A stretch of DNA of 64,000 nt from an uncultured delta proteobacterium (GCA_963840855.1 CAWJBB010000003.1:43991-107990), one strand, 5' to 3'; shown: positions 43,805 through 55,576, counted from the first letter of the stretch. The notes: generated by a model not told the origin, from the sequence alone. Translations and numbers: made by a program.

Positions 43805-44536
43805 TCAATACTTCACCTCCATTAAAAACAGTCCATGGGCGGGCGCCGTGGGCCCGGATTTAGTCCGGTCCCGCGCTGCCAAGAGTTCCGCAAAGGACTC
43901 GGACGCGCGCAGCCCCGCTCCGACCTCGGCTAGCGTGCCGACGATGTTGCGCACCATGTGGCGCAGAAACGCGGTGGCTTCTATGCTGTAAACGAGCAGC
44001 TCGCCGCGCCTTTCCAAGGAAGTGTTATAGACCTCGCGCACCGGGTGCGCCGCGTCGCAACCGGCGGCGCGAAAGGAAGAGAAATCATGTGCGCCCAGCA
44101 AAGCGGGAATCGCCGCGCGCATCGCGTCGAAATCCAAAGGCTCGTGCAAATGCCACGCGCGGTTCAGATAGAACGGCGACGGCATCGAGCGGTTTAAAAT
44201 ATGATACTCATAAATCCTGGCGCGGCCGTCGCGGCGCGCGTCGAAGGAATCAGGAACGGCTTCGGCCTCTTTGACCGTGATGTCCGGCGGCGTCAACGCA
44301 TTGAGGCCGCGCAGCAATCGGTGCCGGTCAAATTCTTTCGCGGCGTGAAAATTGGCCACCTGGCCAAGGGCGTGCACGCCCGCGTCGGTGCGACCTGAGC
44401 CGGTAACGCGAATGGGCGCGCCGAAAAACGTCGACAGGGCGCTTTCGAGAACCGCTTGGATGGTTTCACCGTTGGACTGATTTTGCCAACCATGATAGTG
44501 GGTGCCGTCGTATTCAACGGTGAGTTTGATGTTCAC
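43805..44536 (-). CDS. truA: tRNA pseudouridine(38-40) synthase TruA
   Basis: YDGTHYHGWQ, GRTDAGVHA, FLRHMVR, TAPAHGL. Confidence 0.97.
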   Translation of the reverse strand: MNIKLTVEYDGTHYHGWQNQSNGETIQAVLESALSTFFGAPIRVTGSGRTDAGVHALGQVANFHAAKEFDRHRLLRGLNALTPPDITVKEAEAVPDSFDARRDGRARIYEYHILNRSMPSPFYLNRAWHLHEPLDFDAMRAAIPALLGAHDFSSFRAAGCDAAHPVREVYNTSLERRGELLVYSIEATAFLRHMVRNIVGTLAEVGAGLRASESFAELLAARDRTKSGPTAPAHGLFLMEVKY

Positions 44537-44696
44537 AAATAAATTTCTTGGGTTTCGGGTTTCTGGTCAAGGATTGATTCTGCTAGAAAACGTTCGAATG
44601 CTTCGAAACGTTTTGAACGGCCGGAAGTTTCTGAACCCATTTCAGCCCCTCGATGTCCTACTCGTCGAAGGATCCGAGGGAATCTTGAGCAGCGAG

Positions 44697-45719
44697 TTAG
44701 AGGTGATCGCGGATCAGAATCTCGGCGATCTGAACGGCGTTAAGCGCCGCGCCCTTGCGCAGGTTGTCGGCGACCACCCAGAGATTCAAGCCGTTAGGAA
44801 CGGTATGGTCTTCGCGGATTCTTCCCACAAAGGTCGCGTCCTTGCCCGTGGCATCGATCGCCATCGGATAAACATTATTTTCCGGTTCGTCCGCGACAAC
44901 CACTCCCGGAGCCTCACGCAAAATTTTTCTCGCCTCCGCGGCCGATAGATTCACCACCGTCTCGACGTTGACCGATTCCGAATGGCCGCAGAACACCGGC
45001 ACGCGCACCGTGGTCGCGGTGACCGGCAAGGAGGGCTCGCCGAGAACCTTCCGCGTCTCGTTGATCATTTTCCACTCTTCTTTGGTGTAACCGCCTTCCA
45101 TGAATACATCGATGTGCGGGATACAGTTAAATGCGATCTGATGCGGAAATTTTTCTTTCTTTAAGTCCTTGCCGCTGAAAAGCGCGCCCACCTGCTGGCT
45201 CAGCTCTTCCATCGCTTTACGCCCAGCGCCGGAAACCGACTGATAGGTCGATACCACCACGCGCTTGATGCGCGCCGCGTCGTGGATTGGCTTCAGCGCT
45301 ACGACCAATTGGATCGTCGAGCAGTTGGGGTTGGCGATGATGCCGCGTTTAGTGTAGCCCGAAATGGCACTCGCGTTGACCTCAGGCACCACCAGCGGCA
45401 CATCCGGCTCCATGCGGAACTGCGAAGTGTTGTCCACCACCACGGCGCCCGCAGCCACCGCCAGCGGAGCGAACTTGGCGCTCACGCCACCGCCCGCAGA
45501 AAATAGCCCGATGTCGATGCCCTTGAAAGAGTCTTCGTTTAGAACCGCAACGCGAATCTGCCTGCCATCGAACGGTAATAACTGCCCCGCCGATCTTTCC
45601 GAGGCGAGCAAACGCAGCTCGCCCACCGGGAACTGTCGCTCTTCCAAAACTTCGCGCATCTCCTCGCCGACGGCGCCGGTGGCGCCGACTACGGCGACGT
45701 TGTATTTTTTCTTCTTCAC
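44697..45719 (-). CDS. asd: Aspartate-semialdehyde dehydrogenase
   Basis: GATGAVG, NPNCSTIQ, YQSVSGAG, DNLRKGAALN. Confidence 0.98.
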   Translation of the reverse strand: MKKKKYNVAVVGATGAVGEEMREVLEERQFPVGELRLLASERSAGQLLPFDGRQIRVAVLNEDSFKGIDIGLFSAGGGVSAKFAPLAVAAGAVVVDNTSQFRMEPDVPLVVPEVNASAISGYTKRGIIANPNCSTIQLVVALKPIHDAARIKRVVVSTYQSVSGAGRKAMEELSQQVGALFSGKDLKKEKFPHQIAFNCIPHIDVFMEGGYTKEEWKMINETRKVLGEPSLPVTATTVRVPVFCGHSESVNVETVVNLSAAEARKILREAPGVVVADEPENNVYPMAIDATGKDATFVGRIREDHTVPNGLNLWVVADNLRKGAALNAVQIAEILIRDHL

Positions 45720-45811
45720 GACCGTATCCCCAATCTTAGATTGTGGATTTTAGCTTGCATCGAAAGTCCAACATACGTTCGATGATTTAAACTCTAAAAC
45801 CCTTGAAAACT

Positions 45812-46900
45812 TTAAACCGCCCTCTCGATCCTATCGCGCACGAGCCGGCCCATCTGTTTGCAGCCGGCTGGCTTGCAGCCCGGCTCCTGAATATCCGCCG
45901 TGCGGTAGCCTTCGTTCAGAACATCTTCCACGGCTTTCTCGATGCGATCAGCCGCGGCGCCTTGATCCAACGAATGGCGCAGCATCATGGCCACGCTCAA
46001 GATCGTCGCCAGCGGGTTCGCTTTATCCTGGCCCATGATGTCAGGCGCGCTGCCGTGCACCGGCTCGTACATGCCAGCTTTGCCGCCAAGACTCGCGGAG
46101 GGCAGCATGCCGATGGAACCCGTCAGCATCGCCGCTTCATCGCTGAGAATATCGCCAAACATGTTGGTCGTAACCATCACATCGAACTGCTTCGGATTGC
46201 GAATCAGCTGCATGGCGCAGTTGTCAACCAACATATGTTCGAGCTGGATGCCGGCGTAGCCCTCGTCTTTGTGCATTCGGGTGACGACTTTGCGCCACAA
46301 CTCGGTGACCTCGAGCACGTTGGCCTTGTCCACCGACGTCACTTTGTTGCGCCGCTTGAGCGCCGCCTGAAAAGCCACATGGGCGATACGTTCAATCTCC
46401 GGCGTCGTGTAAACTTCGGTGTTCACGCCGCGCTCGGTGCCATCCGGCAGCTTCGTGATGCCTTTGGGCTGTCCAAAATAGATCCCGCCGGTGAGCTCGC
46501 GCACGACCAGGAGGTCCGTGCCCTCGACGACTTCGCGCTTGAGGGTAGATGCCGACGCCAGAGCCGAAAACAGTTTCACGGGGCGCAGATTGGCGAATAG
46601 CCCGAGCTCCTGGCGCAACGCCAGCAATGCCCGTTCCGGGCGGATCGAGTAGTCCAAGCCATCCCATTTGGGCCCGCCCATGGCGCCGAGCAGCACCGCG
46701 TCGCTTTCTTTTGCCAGCTTGAGAACCGAATCCACAAGCGGCTTGCCGTGAGCGTCAATGGACGCGCCGCCGACGATTCCTTCTTCGAGCTCGACTTTGA
46801 AGCCGTAAAGTTCGGCGACTTGTTTGAGGACCTGTGTTCCCTCGCCCATCACCTCGGGTCCGATGCCGTCCCCCGGCAAAACCGCGATCTTGTAGCTCAT
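45812..46900 (-). CDS. leuB: 3-isopropylmalate dehydrogenase
   Basis: [39 protein letters not shown]. Confidence 0.97.
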   Translation of the reverse strand: MSYKIAVLPGDGIGPEVMGEGTQVLKQVAELYGFKVELEEGIVGGASIDAHGKPLVDSVLKLAKESDAVLLGAMGGPKWDGLDYSIRPERALLALRQELGLFANLRPVKLFSALASASTLKREVVEGTDLLVVRELTGGIYFGQPKGITKLPDGTERGVNTEVYTTPEIERIAHVAFQAALKRRNKVTSVDKANVLEVTELWRKVVTRMHKDEGYAGIQLEHMLVDNCAMQLIRNPKQFDVMVTTNMFGDILSDEAAMLTGSIGMLPSASLGGKAGMYEPVHGSAPDIMGQDKANPLATILSVAMMLRHSLDQGAAADRIEKAVEDVLNEGYRTADIQEPGCKPAGCKQMGRLVRDRIERAV

Positions 46901-48465
46901 GGTCCCTCTCTGTCTACCCGTTGACGATAGTGTTTGCGGCCTTCGAGCTTGTTGAGCGCATTGATGTAGGCCAGCGCGCTGGCCATGATGATATCGGTAT
47001 GGGCGCCTTGCCCCGACACGCGAAAACCGTCGTCTTCGATGACGCAGGAGACTTCGCCCTGCGCGTCGGCGCCGCCCGTTATGGCATTGACGTTGTAACG
47101 AACCAGCTGAGACTGCGAGCCGGTAATTTTCGTGATCACCTGGTAACAGGCGTCCACGGCGCCGTCGCCGGTAGCGTAGTCCATTTTTTCCTGGCCGTTG
47201 ACGCGCATCTTGATGGTCGCCGACGGCGTCCCCTCGGAGCTCGAGTTGACGCTGAGATAGAGCAGCTCGTAGCGGTCCGGCTGCCCCGGCACCCTGAGAA
47301 TTTCTTCGCCGACGATGGCCTCGATATCTTCGTCATAGACGTTCTTTTTCTTGTCCGCCAACTCTTTGAAGCGCAGGAAGGCGCGGTTCATATCTTCCTT
47401 GCCGAGGCTGAAGCCCAAATGCTTGAGCCGCTCATCGAAGGCGTGGCGTCCGGAATGTTTTCCCATGACCAGCCGGTTGCCGGGAATGCCGATGGATTCC
47501 GGCGTCATGATCTCATAGGTCAGTTTGTGCTTGAGCACGCCGTCCTGGTGAATGCCGGCTTCATGCGCGAAGGCATTGTCGCCGACGATGGGCTTGTTGA
47601 TGGGGATCTGGATACCGGTTACCTGGGACACCAAACGCGAGGTCGGATAGAGCTGCTCGGTGGTGATATGGGTGTCCAGATCGAGATAGTTTTTGCGCGT
47701 GCGCAGCGCCATCACGACTTCTTCCAGCGAGGTATTGCCCGCGCGCTCGCCAATACCGTTGATGGTGCACTCGATCTGGCGCGCGCCGTTATGCACCGCC
47801 GCCAAAGAATTCGCCACCGCCAGCCCCAGATCGTTGTGGCAGTGCGCGCTCCAGACGACCCGGTCCGCCCCCGCGGTGCGCTCGATCAAGTTGGCCATCA
47901 ACGCGCCAAACTCGGACGGAATGGCGTAGCCCGTGGTATCCGGCACGTTGATAATCTTGGCGCCGGCGCGAATCGCCTCGCGAAAAATTTGAATCAAAAA
48001 CTCCGGATCGCTGCGCGAGGCGTCCTCAGCCGAAAACTCAATGTAGTCGATGAATTTCTTGGCGTAGCTCACGGCCTTCACAGCCGCTTCGATTACCTGC
48101 TCCCTCGACATTCTGAGCTTGTGCTTGAGATGGATGTCGGAGGTCGCGATGAATGTATGGATACCGGGATTCTTCGCGCGCTCGACGGCTTTGAGCGCCC
48201 TCTCGAGATCACCCTCCTGGGCGCGCGCGAGACTTACGATCCTCGGCCGCGCGACTTCCTCGCAGACTCTGCGCACAGATTCGAAATCGCCTTCCGACGA
48301 GGCCGCAAAGCCGGCTTCGATCACGTCCACGCCGAGCTTTTCCAATTGCCGGGCGATGACGACCTTTTGTTCGACGGTCATGCTCGCTCCCGGCGACTGT
48401 TCTCCGTCCCGCAAAGTGGTGTCAAAAATTCTAACGCTATTGTTGTCCATTACTTGTTCTGACAT
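46897..48465 (-). CDS. leuA: 2-isopropylmalate synthase
   Basis: [36 protein letters not shown]. Confidence 0.97.
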   Translation of the reverse strand: MSEQVMDNNSVRIFDTTLRDGEQSPGASMTVEQKVVIARQLEKLGVDVIEAGFAASSEGDFESVRRVCEEVARPRIVSLARAQEGDLERALKAVERAKNPGIHTFIATSDIHLKHKLRMSREQVIEAAVKAVSYAKKFIDYIEFSAEDASRSDPEFLIQIFREAIRAGAKIINVPDTTGYAIPSEFGALMANLIERTAGADRVVWSAHCHNDLGLAVANSLAAVHNGARQIECTINGIGERAGNTSLEEVVMALRTRKNYLDLDTHITTEQLYPTSRLVSQVTGIQIPINKPIVGDNAFAHEAGIHQDGVLKHKLTYEIMTPESIGIPGNRLVMGKHSGRHAFDERLKHLGFSLGKEDMNRAFLRFKELADKKKNVYDEDIEAIVGEEILRVPGQPDRYELLYLSVNSSSEGTPSATIKMRVNGQEKMDYATGDGAVDACYQVITKITGSQSQLVRYNVNAITGGADAQGEVSCVIEDDGFRVSGQGAHTDIIMASALAYINALNKLEGRKHYRQRVDREGP

Positions 48466-48499
48466 GGATAGCCTCCGTTCGTTCTCCAAACCCGCCTAT

Positions 48500-48534
48500 A
48501 AACAAAAACTCCCGCGGCATGGCCAGCGGGAGTT
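48500..48534 (-). terminator. Intrinsic terminator between pssA and leuA
   Basis: AACTCCCGC...GCGGGAGTT followed by TTTGTTT. Confidence 0.7.
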
Positions 48535-48560
48535 GTGTCTACTGAATCGAGAAGCGTGAA

Positions 48561-49418
48561 TTACGGCTGTGCCTCAGCCAATTCCCCTCTTCTCCCCCGC
48601 CGGCGTTGGATCGTCGTCCAACTCCATAAGAGAGGCCCGGATAACGTGTATAACAGAACCAAGGAGAAAAACATGACCTGCGGCGTCATGACGATTACTT
48701 TAATCAAAATAATTCCAAAAACCAATATCCAGATGGGGAAGCGCTTTCGCAGGTCGGTGTTCTTCGGGCTGAAATAGGGAAAGCCGCTGACCATCAATGC
48801 CGCCAAGCCGTAGATGACCAGCAGGAGCGTCACCTGCTTGTTGGGTGCGCCTTCGCCGCCGAGATAATAGTAGAGAAAGATCGTTGACGTAATCATCTCG
48901 GCAGCCGCGGGGATGGGCAAGCCGATAAAGTGGCCCTTCGCGGACGTACCGGCCTGGACGTTAAAGCGGGACAAACGCAGCGCGCCGCAAACGACGTAAG
49001 TACAGGCGGCGAGCCAGCCCCAATTGCCCCAGGGCACCAGCGCCCAGAAATATACCAGCACCGCCGGCGCGACGCCGAACGAAACCACGTCGGCGAGGGA
49101 GTCGAATTCAATGCCGAACTGGCTCGTGGTTTTGGTGAGCCGCGCCACATAACCGTCCACGCCATCGAGAATATGGGCGAAGATAATGAACAACGCCGCT
49201 TGAATATACTGTCCACTGAAGGTCGAGACGATGGAAAAAAACCCGCACATAATATTGCCCGCGGTGAATAGGCTGGGGATCAGATATATCCCCTTTCTCA
49301 GCTTTTCCGCCGGTACGCGGTTACGCAGTGAAACTCGTGGCCTTCCCCGGCGGCGCAAGAGCCTGACTTTTCCGCCGGCCGGAAACTGTTCCGGTTCACG
49401 AGGATTGGCGCCGCTCAT
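48561..49418 (-). CDS. pssA: CDP-diacylglycerol--serine O-phosphatidyltransferase
   Basis: DGVDGYVAR...FGIEFDSLAD, LRLSRFN, FIGLPIP. Confidence 0.94.
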   Translation of the reverse strand: MSGANPREPEQFPAGGKVRLLRRRGRPRVSLRNRVPAEKLRKGIYLIPSLFTAGNIMCGFFSIVSTFSGQYIQAALFIIFAHILDGVDGYVARLTKTTSQFGIEFDSLADVVSFGVAPAVLVYFWALVPWGNWGWLAACTYVVCGALRLSRFNVQAGTSAKGHFIGLPIPAAAEMITSTIFLYYYLGGEGAPNKQVTLLLVIYGLAALMVSGFPYFSPKNTDLRKRFPIWILVFGIILIKVIVMTPQVMFFSLVLLYTLSGPLLWSWTTIQRRRGRRGELAEAQP

Positions 49419-50044
49419 GCAAACCTCCCTATGACGGTTTCACCGCCTTTCACTTTTTGCCCCTCCGCGATTGCGATCTCGGTGCCAGGCGGCAGATAGA
49501 GATCGGTGCGTGATCCGAATAAAATAAGCCCAAAACGTTCGCCCCGGTCAAAAGTATCGCCTCTGCGCGCCTTGCACACGACCCGCCGCGCCACAAACCC
49601 GGCAACCTGGACGACCCCGAATTTTCTTCCCTCGGAATCGGCGATACGCATAGCGTTTTGCTCGTTCTGTTCGACGGCTTGGTCTTTGTAGGCGGCGAAA
49701 AACTTACCGTCTTGATGACGAACCTCTTCAATGGTCCCTTTGACCGGTATGCGATTGATGTGAACATCGAACGGAGACATAAAGATGCTTACCCGGGTTT
49801 GGTTCCCTTCCAAAAGCGGCGCATTATTGATCTTTACGATACTTACGATTTTACCATCCGCGGGGGCGACCACCAACCCCTTCGCTTCAGGAGCACGTCG
49901 TTCGGGGTCGCGAAAAAACCAAACAAAAAATACCCCAAGTCCAGCGCCGGCAAACGCGATCGATGCCCAACCCAAAACGAAGCCAAGGCCCGACAATGCT
50001 AGCGCGACAAGAACAAAAGGATAACCTTCGACGGCAATCTTCAT
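49415..50044 (-). CDS. psd: Phosphatidylserine decarboxylase proenzyme
   Basis: FFRDPER, APADG, IFMSPFDVHINR, FGSRTD self-cleavage motif. Confidence 0.94.
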   Translation of the reverse strand: MKIAVEGYPFVLVALALSGLGFVLGWASIAFAGAGLGVFFVWFFRDPERRAPEAKGLVVAPADGKIVSIVKINNAPLLEGNQTRVSIFMSPFDVHINRIPVKGTIEEVRHQDGKFFAAYKDQAVEQNEQNAMRIADSEGRKFGVVQVAGFVARRVVCKARRGDTFDRGERFGLILFGSRTDLYLPPGTEIAIAEGQKVKGGETVIGRFA

Positions 50045-50087
50045 CCGGACTAATGACCGCGCGCCGCCTGCTGGCGCGGGCTCGCGC

Positions 50088-50200
50088 TTGTTCAAGTCGT
50101 TCCAATCGTTCCAGAGGTTAAAACTGAAACTCACCGCCGAGACGCTGAGTGCGCCGAGTTCGGAAAAATTCGCAATCCGCAATCCGAATTCCGCAATTTT
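50088..50200. repeat. Composite intergenic repeat (9-mer array + TTAAAACTGAAACTCACC + GCCGAGAC module + 7-mer array)
   Basis: Same module order at 51410, 54324 and 55607; partial copies at 58411 and 60517. Confidence 0.75.
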
Positions 50201-50212
50201 ACTTTACGGCCT

Positions 50213-51229
50213 TCAGTTCTTGCTCTTGTCTACGAGGCGGTTCTGCGCGAACCAGGGCATCATGGCGCGCAGATTTTCGCCCACTTTCTCCAGCGGATGA
50301 TTCGCCGCCTCTTTACGCAACTCGGTGAAGTGCGGCATGCCGCACTTGTATTCGTTGATCCATTCATCGGCGAACTTGCCGGACTGTATATCCTGCAAGA
50401 TTTTTTGCATCGCCTCGCGCACCTCGGGACCAATAACCCGTTTGCCCCGCGTCAAATCGCCGTACTCCGCCGTGTTGCTGATGGAGTATCGCATATTGGT
50501 CAGCCCACCTTCATAGATCAGATCGACGATGAGCTTGACTTCATGGACGCATTCAAAATAGGCCATTTCCGGCGGATAACCCGCGTTGACTAGAGTGTCA
50601 TAACCGGCTTGGATGAGCGCGCAAAGACCGCCGCACAATACCGACTGCTCCCCGAAAAGATCGGTTTCCGTTTCGTCTTTGAAAGTGGTTTCGATCACCG
50701 CCGCCCGCGCGCCACCGATGGCCGAGGCGTAGGCCAAGCCGATTTTCTTGGTGTCCCTGGACGGATCCTGGTGGACCGCCAGCAGGCAGGGCACGCCGCG
50801 CCCTTTCTGAAATTCGCTGCGCACCAGATGCCCGGGCCCTTTGGGCGCCACCATGAAGACATTGACACCCGCCGGCGGCACGACTCTTTTGAAGTGAATA
50901 TTGAAACCGTGGCCGAAGGCGAGACAGTTGCCGTCTTTGAGTCCCGGTTTGATTTCCGTTTCGTAAGCTTCGCCCTGCAGCTCGTCGGGCAAGAGAATCA
51001 TCACAATATCTGCGGTCAGCGCTGCATCCGCCGTCTTTAGCACCTTCAAGCCGGCATTCTCAGCCTTGGCCCAAGAGCTGCTATCGCGACGCAATCCGAC
51101 TACCACATCGACCCCCGAGTCGCGCAGATTGTTCGCATGGGCGTGCCCCTGGCTCCCATAGCCGAGCACCGCGACCTTTTTTCCCTGTAAGACGCCCAAA
51201 TCGGCGTCCCTATCATAGTAAACCTGCAT
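50213..51229 (-). CDS. ilvC: Ketol-acid reductoisomerase
   Basis: [37 protein letters not shown]. Confidence 0.98.
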   Translation of the reverse strand: MQVYYDRDADLGVLQGKKVAVLGYGSQGHAHANNLRDSGVDVVVGLRRDSSSWAKAENAGLKVLKTADAALTADIVMILLPDELQGEAYETEIKPGLKDGNCLAFGHGFNIHFKRVVPPAGVNVFMVAPKGPGHLVRSEFQKGRGVPCLLAVHQDPSRDTKKIGLAYASAIGGARAAVIETTFKDETETDLFGEQSVLCGGLCALIQAGYDTLVNAGYPPEMAYFECVHEVKLIVDLIYEGGLTNMRYSISNTAEYGDLTRGKRVIGPEVREAMQKILQDIQSGKFADEWINEYKCGMPHFTELRKEAANHPLEKVGENLRAMMPWFAQNRLVDKSKN

Positions 51230-51327
51230 GGCACATCTCCTTGATGAAATACGCCTTACAATATGCCGGTTGCACTTTGGCAAGTCAACCGCAAGTCACG
51301 GAAAAACAATAATTTTTAGCTCAAGAC

Positions 51328-51359
51328 GAAATAAAACGGGGCCGCTGCTCGGCCCCGTT
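51328..51359 (-). terminator. Intrinsic terminator downstream of the VOC gene
   Basis: AACGGGGCC-gagcagc-GGCCCCGTT-TTATTT. Confidence 0.72.
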
Positions 51360-51409
51360 CAAACTGCAAAACAACCTTTGTGACCTTTAGCGCCAGCCAG
51401 CTGGCGTGT

Positions 51410-51542
51410 GTTCCAATCGTTCCATGGGTTCCAATCGTTGCAAACGTTAAAACTGAAACTCAGCAAAGAGACACGGAGGGCGCTGAGTCGGACAAACTCA
51501 CAATCCGAATTTCGAAATTCTACTTTGCGTTCTTTGCGGTAC
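51410..51542. repeat. Composite intergenic repeat copy
   Basis: gttccaatcgttccatgggttccaatcg...ttaaaactgaaactca...aatccgaatttcgaaattc. Confidence 0.7.
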
Positions 51543-51547
51543 AGGCT

Positions 51548-52351
51548 CTAACCCTCCGCAACGTCGATCAGCACGCCATCGGGATCTGACGTATGATGTT
51601 GGCCGAAAGAACATTTGGCGAAGAGTTTCTGCCTGACCTCGCGCTCCGGATTTTTGTCCGGCCGGTCAACTTGCTGCGCCGGGTATTGATCGGCGAACTT
51701 TTGCAAGTCGGCTTTGAACGCCGCCATACTTTCGACTTTGAAGCCGATATGATCCAGCGCAGGGCGTTCTATGCCGGAGCCCTCAAAGTCGTTGATCTGC
51801 CAGGGCATGACCGCCAGAGTTACCTTACCGTCGGAGAGATAATGATTCGGGTCGCCGGCGGGTTTTTCCAACTCGGTGAGATCAAAGACACTGCGGTAAA
51901 ACTCGCCGATCATGTCGGGTTCCAACACGCGCAAGGCAATATGGCTGATTCGCCGTGGCCTTTCTTGGTCCGTTTCGGTATAAAGGTCGCGGCGGTTCTC
52001 CATGCCCGCTTGCGACAGATCGAAGACGTTGCCCGCTGGGTCATGGGTGCTGATACCCGCGAAGGGACGATTGCCTGGCCGCTTGAGCACGCGCACCTTG
52101 GGATAATTTTCTTTGAAGCGTGAATATACCAATTCCACATCCTGAACCTCAAAGCCGAAGTGATCGAACCCCCCTTGGCGCCCCGGCGCTCTGGGGTTGA
52201 GATTGAGGCCGACGTAGCCGTCGCGCACCACCACGGCGCCGCCGGCCCGCGCTAGTCCGGAACGTTTCAAGCCGAAGACATCTCGATAAAAATCACCTTC
52301 GTGATTGGCGTTGCTGGTAACGATGGCCAAGTGTTTCAATTGTGCGAACAT
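51548..52351 (-). CDS. Two-domain VOC/glyoxalase family protein
   Basis: LKHLAI...FYRDVFGL, DHFGFEV, DPAGNVFD; repeated as ISHIAL...DHIGFKV...DPDG. Confidence 0.85.
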   Translation of the reverse strand: MFAQLKHLAIVTSNANHEGDFYRDVFGLKRSGLARAGGAVVVRDGYVGLNLNPRAPGRQGGFDHFGFEVQDVELVYSRFKENYPKVRVLKRPGNRPFAGISTHDPAGNVFDLSQAGMENRRDLYTETDQERPRRISHIALRVLEPDMIGEFYRSVFDLTELEKPAGDPNHYLSDGKVTLAVMPWQINDFEGSGIERPALDHIGFKVESMAAFKADLQKFADQYPAQQVDRPDKNPEREVRQKLFAKCSFGQHHTSDPDGVLIDVAEG

Positions 52352-52649
52352 GGCGTACTCCTTTCTCGTCATGGATGAGCCAACGCTACTAAACAGCAGT
52401 ATCACTTGTCAACTCCAGCGCGATGACGCTCGCGCGCTCGCGCCGTTCCAAACGTTCCAAATCGTTCAAGTAGACGACGACAGACCCCAAGACGGATGAC
52501 CGGCGGTCTTCGCGTCGTATTGGTCAATCGGTCCGAACGTTCAATGTCCATAATGCAACGTACGCTCTTCTCCGATCGCTTGCTGTTGAAGACTTACTGC
52601 GTGAACGGCTAGCGACTTACTGCGCGTAGTTATGGTAATATATGCGCAC

Positions 52650-53744
52650 ATGGCAAACACATCGAAAGCCAATGGCCTTAAGGGACTGGTGTTAGCCGGC
52701 GGACGGGGAACGCGCTTGAGACCGCTGACCCACACCGCCGCCAAGCAGCTCGTTCCCGTAGCCAACCGGCCGATCTTGTTCTATGTGCTCGACAACCTCG
52801 CGGCCGCGGGGGTCACTTACGTGGGCATGATTATTTGTCCCGAGACCGGGCAGGCCGTGCAAAACGCCGTAGGTGACGGCGCGCGGTGGAAAATTCACGT
52901 CGAGTATATCTTGCAAGACCAGCCCCTGGGACTGGCCCACGCGGTGAAGATCGCGCGCCCTTTTCTCGGTCAAAGCGCCTTTATCATGTATCTTGGGGAC
53001 AATCTCATCGGCTCGGGAATCTCCGAATTTTGCGGTGAGTTCGACGGCTCCGGCGCCGATGCGATGATCCTTCTTAAGGATGTCGCCACGCCATCAGCCT
53101 TTGGCATCGCCGAAATCGATGCCAGCGGGCGGGTGAAAAGCCTGGTGGAAAAGCCGCAACAGCCAAAATCAAATTTGGCTCTGGTTGGTATCTATATATT
53201 CTCGCCGAAAATTCATCAAGCCATCGATCGCATCAAACCTTCCTGGCGCGGCGAGCTGGAGATTACCGACGCCATCCAGGCGCTGCTCGACGACGGCAGC
53301 AAGGTGCTAAGCCACCGCATCGACGGCTGGTGGCTCGACACCGGCAAGAAAGACGATCTGCTTACCGCTAATACCGTTGTCCTCGACGAATGGATTCAAC
53401 GGAAAATCATCGGCGAGATCGACGAGCAAAGCCTGGTCACCGGCCGGGTGCAGCTCGGCAAAGGGAGTAAAGTGGTGCGCAGCAAGATTCGCGGACCGGT
53501 GGTGATCGGCGAAAACGTCCATATCGAAGATTCCTTCATCGGCCCTTTTACCTCCATTGGCGACGGCTGCCAAATCACGGCTTCAGTTCTGGAACATTGC
53601 CTCTTTCTCGAGCATGCCACCGTCAAACGAGTGGACCGGCTAGAAGATAGTTTGATCGGCAAGAACTCAGCGGTGATCAAGGAAATAAACAACCATCAAG
53701 CCTACCGCCTGATGATCGGCGACGATTCCGAGGTCCTGCTGTAA
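52650..53744 (+). CDS. rfbA: Glucose-1-phosphate thymidylyltransferase (long form)
   Basis: LAGGRGTRLRPLTHTAAKQL, YLGDN, RGELEITD, WLDTG; C-terminal hexapeptide repeats. Confidence 0.93.
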   Translation: MANTSKANGLKGLVLAGGRGTRLRPLTHTAAKQLVPVANRPILFYVLDNLAAAGVTYVGMIICPETGQAVQNAVGDGARWKIHVEYILQDQPLGLAHAVKIARPFLGQSAFIMYLGDNLIGSGISEFCGEFDGSGADAMILLKDVATPSAFGIAEIDASGRVKSLVEKPQQPKSNLALVGIYIFSPKIHQAIDRIKPSWRGELEITDAIQALLDDGSKVLSHRIDGWWLDTGKKDDLLTANTVVLDEWIQRKIIGEIDEQSLVTGRVQLGKGSKVVRSKIRGPVVIGENVHIEDSFIGPFTSIGDGCQITASVLEHCLFLEHATVKRVDRLEDSLIGKNSAVIKEINNHQAYRLMIGDDSEVLL

Positions 53745-54313
53745 TGCCATTTCGTTTTAGCCGCCTCGAATTGCCGGAGGTCATCCTCATCGAACCCAAA
53801 GTGTTTGCCGACGACCGCGGTTTTTTCATGGAGACCTACAAGTATTCGGAGTTTGCCCAATACGGTATCGCCGATCGTTTTGTCCAGGGCAATGAATCGC
53901 ACTCGCCGCGTCACACGCTGCGCGGTTTGCATTACCAAAAAGAGCCCAGGGCCCAGGGCAAGCTGGTGCGCGCGGTCCTCGGAGAGATTCTTGACGTCGT
54001 CGTCGATATTCGCAAGGGCTCGCCGCGCTACGGGCGGTGGCTGGCGGTCCGCATGTCGGCTGAGAACAAGAAAATGCTGTATGTGCCTCCTGGATTTGCC
54101 CACGGCGCCTGCGTGTTGAGCGCGGAAGCGAGCCTGCTTTACATGGTGACGGAGGAATATGCGCCGGAGTGCGAAGCGGGTGTGATCTGGAACGATCCCG
54201 CGCTTCGAATTGACTGGCCGGTGGAACAGCCCTTGCTTTCGGCGCGGGACCGGGCCTGGCCATGCTTGAGCGAGGCGGACAATAATTTCGTCTACGAAGA
54301 GACCATCCGGTGA
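53744..54313 (+). CDS. rfbC: dTDP-4-dehydrorhamnose 3,5-epimerase
   Basis: DDRGFFME, LRGLHYQ, QGKLVR, PPGFAHG, WNDP. Confidence 0.96.
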   Translation: MPFRFSRLELPEVILIEPKVFADDRGFFMETYKYSEFAQYGIADRFVQGNESHSPRHTLRGLHYQKEPRAQGKLVRAVLGEILDVVVDIRKGSPRYGRWLAVRMSAENKKMLYVPPGFAHGACVLSAEASLLYMVTEEYAPECEAGVIWNDPALRIDWPVEQPLLSARDRAWPCLSEADNNFVYEETIR

Positions 54314-54323
54314 ATCGCGCAAA

Positions 54324-54500
54324 GGCGCAAAAATAACCGCTTTGCGCGGGTTCCAGTCGTTCAAAATGTTCCAATCGTTCCAAACGTTAAAACTCAAAAC
54401 TCATCGCCGAGACACCGAGTACGCGGAGTGATAGAATTCTTGATTCGACGAAATTCTTCCGAACTCTTGCGACACTCCGTGCTGGCCTCTGTGGTGAAAA
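54324..54500. repeat. Composite intergenic repeat copy between rfbC and rfbB
   Basis: The first ~40 nt are nearly identical to 58412-58452 (gcgcaaaaatRaccgcKttgcgcgggttccagtcgttcaaa). Confidence 0.75.
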
Positions 54501-54537
54501 TACTTAGCCGCAGAGTCTGAAACGCGGGAGGTACCGA

Positions 54538-55576
54538 TTGAAAACATTGTTGATAACCGGCGGTTGCGGTTTTATCGGAAGTCAATTCGTCAAACTCGTC
54601 CTGCGCGAGCGCCCACAGTACCGCGTCGTCAATCTCGATTTGCTCACCTACGCCGGCAATCCGGAGAATCTCGCCCACGAGGAACGGGCGCGCGACCCAG
54701 GCGCTTATCGCTTTATTCACGGCGACATTGCCGACACCAAGCTCGTGCAGGAAACACTCAGTGGCGAACAGGCGGACGCCATCATAAATTTTGCCGCCGA
54801 GACTCATGTAGACCGGAGCCTGCTCGACAGCGCGCCCTTTCTCCGCACCAATGTCGAAGGCACTCGGGTCCTGCTCGACTGCGCTAGCCGTCTCGGTATC
54901 CAGCGCTTCTTGCAGGTATCGACCGACGAGGTCTACGGCTCCCTCGAACCTTCGGATCCACCCTTTACGGAAGAGCCATCCACTTGAGCCGAACAGTCCC
55001 TACGCCGCTAGCAAGGCCGCCGCGGATTTGCTGGTTCGGGCGTACCATAAGAGCTATGGCGTCCCGGCTATAATTACCCGCTGCGGTAACAACTATGGTC
55101 ACTATCAGTTCCCGGAGAAGTTTTTACCGCTGTTCATCACCAATGCGCTGGACGATCGGCCGCTGCCGCTTTATGGCGACGGCCTGCAGATCCGCGATTG
55201 GATTCATGTAGAGGATCATGCTCGGGCATTGCTGTGCGTGCTGGAGGACGGAGCTGTCGGAGTGACCTATAACGTCAGCGCAAACGGCGAACATACCAAC
55301 TTGCATATGGCGGAACGGATTTTGAGCCTCATGGGCAAGTCATCGAGCCTGCTGCGCTACGTTACTGACCGGCTAGGGCACGATCGGCGTTACGGCATCG
55401 ATGCGAGCAAGTTGCGTCGCGAGTTGGGATGGCAACCACTTATCTCTCTCGACGACGGTTTACTGGCGACCATCGTTTGGTACCGCGAACAAAGGGGTTG
55501 GTGGGAGCGCATCAAGAGCGGCGAGTATCGCAAATATTACGCGCAACAATACGGCGACCGCCTGGGCGGAAAATAA
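54538..55576 (+). CDS. rfbB: dTDP-glucose 4,6-dehydratase (frameshift near 54975)
   Basis: TGGCGFIG, LLTYAGN, AAETHVDRS, STDEVYG; then PNSPYAASK, QFPEK, GHDRRY in the next frame. Confidence 0.95.

Noticed and set aside
46834-48462. 542-aa plus-strand ORF
   Set aside because: Antisense shadow of leuA
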